Of a stretch of DNA of 64,000 nucleotides, positions 62,820 through 64,000 are shown one piece after another. The translations under genes and the position numbers were made by a program. This stretch comes from Cenococcum geophilum (taxonomy: Eukaryota), in NCBI GenBank assembly GCA_050273025.1, contig CP158635.1:11718001-11782000 (forward strand). Direction: 5' to 3'. Numbering within the stretch: the stretch's first letter is position 1; every line of letters starts with the position of its first letter. The notes under the pieces were generated by a model. That model made no database searches, was not told where the DNA came from, and was given only the letters and a program-made list of their open reading frames with translations.

Positions 62820-64000
62820 CTTCGCTAAGACCCCTAACCTTTACCTTAAAGGGCCTTATTTTCTTCTTATTCTTATCTTTTCTTATACCACACCTCCCCC
62901 TCTTCTTATTACTTATTACCGTCGTATTAAAATATATTCGCCCCTTAGCGCTAATATATATATAAGTATCCATTTTATATCTTTAACTAATAATTAATGT
63001 AGTTAATTACGGCCTTTCCTTTAGCCTCTTCTAACTCTAGCCTTTAGTATTAGCAACTTTCCAACGCTTATTAAGTTCTTTTAGTACTACCTCTATCCTC
63101 TTAGCGCGTATATATCCTTATAATTCCACTTTCTCTTTTACCTCTCTTTTTTTAATTCCTAATTAAGACTACTCCGTAGTCATTTATATGCCCTTCCTAG
63201 GTAGGGATAGATAGGCGTACCGCCTCGCCCCGCCTTCTTTACTAAGTTAAGTATACGTTATATAATTTAATTACGCGCTCTTTTCCCCTAGGATGCATTA
63301 TATAGAGCCAATAGCTTTAGCGTCTGCTAATAGTTAAAGCCGCCTATATTATAAGGATATACTACTAGGTTACTTAGTAGAAACCTAGCTAAATATCTAA
63401 GCGGCTATACCCTACTAGGCTATTAGAACTAGACCTCGTAAGTAGTATTTTAGGTAGCTATATACGTATACCTATCTGCCTATATAGTTATATTAAAACG
63501 GGTATTTTAAGGACGCCGTGCGGTCTATAGGCTTAGGCGTAAAGGACTATCTAGCTACCTTACCACTTATAAGACGTTTAAGCGGTAAAGGTTTAGTCTT
63601 TTAGGTCAGAGTATATAACTGCAAAGGATTAATACCAGCCAGTCTATATTAGGAGGGTAAGTATTACGCAGTATTCTATACCGCCTATTACTAATATATC
63701 TAGGTTATTTAATAGAGCCTTACTTACTACGCAGCAGGTCTAGATTACTTAGTATAGCTAACAGACGTACTAGTAATAAAGTAATTAGTATTAGAGGGTC
63801 CTGCTTACCGCTAGTAGGTTACTTAATTATATAGGCGGTAGGCGTACTAGTGATAAAGCAATTAGCATTTAAGAGCTTCGCTCGCTACTAGTAGATCTAA
63901 ATTACTTAATAATGCGGGAGGGTAGGCGTATTAGTGGTAGAGGGGTTAATAGGGAGCTACTAGTATACTTAAATTATTTAATAATTATATATGTAGTAGG
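62820..64000 (-). pseudogene. Unknown gene A, copy 2 (diverged paralogue of 21880-23550, runs off the window)
   Basis: Colinear shared nucleotide blocks with copy 1 and shared de-RIP peptides LEELD and GKAVIDxIDHW. Confidence 0.55.

Larger units (their letters stand above)
16807..64000. other. AT-rich, RIP-mutated repeat compartment (isochore)
   Basis: Abrupt switch to TpA-rich, CpA/TpG-poor sequence. Conserved Trp/Gln codons appear as TAG/TAA throughout, and long ORFs are nearly absent over 47 kb. Confidence 0.95.
21830..64000. mobile_element. Giant (>42 kb) RIP-inactivated cargo-gene element, Starship-like; captain not visible
   Basis: It begins where the gypsy RT frame stops and the RT never resumes in the window. 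It is filled with RIP'd, intron-containing non-TE genes in both orientations, including a ferric-reductase-like gene of the type known as a Starship auxiliary gene. Confidence 0.65.

Noticed and set aside
21830..64000. Search for the Starship captain (DUF3435), DUF3723, patatin or Spok-like genes
   Set aside because: No convincing motifs were found by eye. Heavy RIP could hide them, so their absence is not proven.
16807..64000. Alternative genetic code or organellar insertion as the explanation for AT richness and frequent TAA/TAG
   Set aside because: Stops replace both Trp and Gln codons alongside pervasive G>A/C>T missense changes, which is the RIP signature rather than codon reassignment.

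Overview
Filamentous ascomycete (Pezizomycotina) genomic DNA in two sharply different compartments. (1) Positions 1 to ~16.8 kb are gene-rich with balanced GC. A conserved core of ILV3, RMD1 and PIK1 (PI 4-kinase) is flanked by two HET-domain genes, one carrying a single in-frame TGA. This part also holds an NLR-type TPR fragment, two MITE/foldback elements and a membrane-protein gene killed by RIP-type stops. (2) Positions ~16.8 kb to the window end are AT-rich and mutated by repeat-induced point mutation (RIP), and are built as nested insertions. A PIF/Harbinger DNA transposon (16807) is cut just after its DGTH motif by a Ty3/gypsy LTR retrotransposon (17702). The retrotransposon is cut at the start of its reverse transcriptase (~21.83 kb) by a block of more than 42 kb of RIP-destroyed non-transposon genes. 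After manually reverting RIP changes, this block contains a Starship-type ferric-reductase-like gene, two chromodomain genes, a MADS-box gene, an F-box gene, two protein kinases (one FHA-kinase) and many unknown genes. The best reading is a dead giant cargo-carrying Starship-like element whose tyrosine-recombinase captain, not seen here, would lie beyond the right edge. Coordinates in the RIP'd block are approximate, and 'de-RIP' translations are manual inferences.
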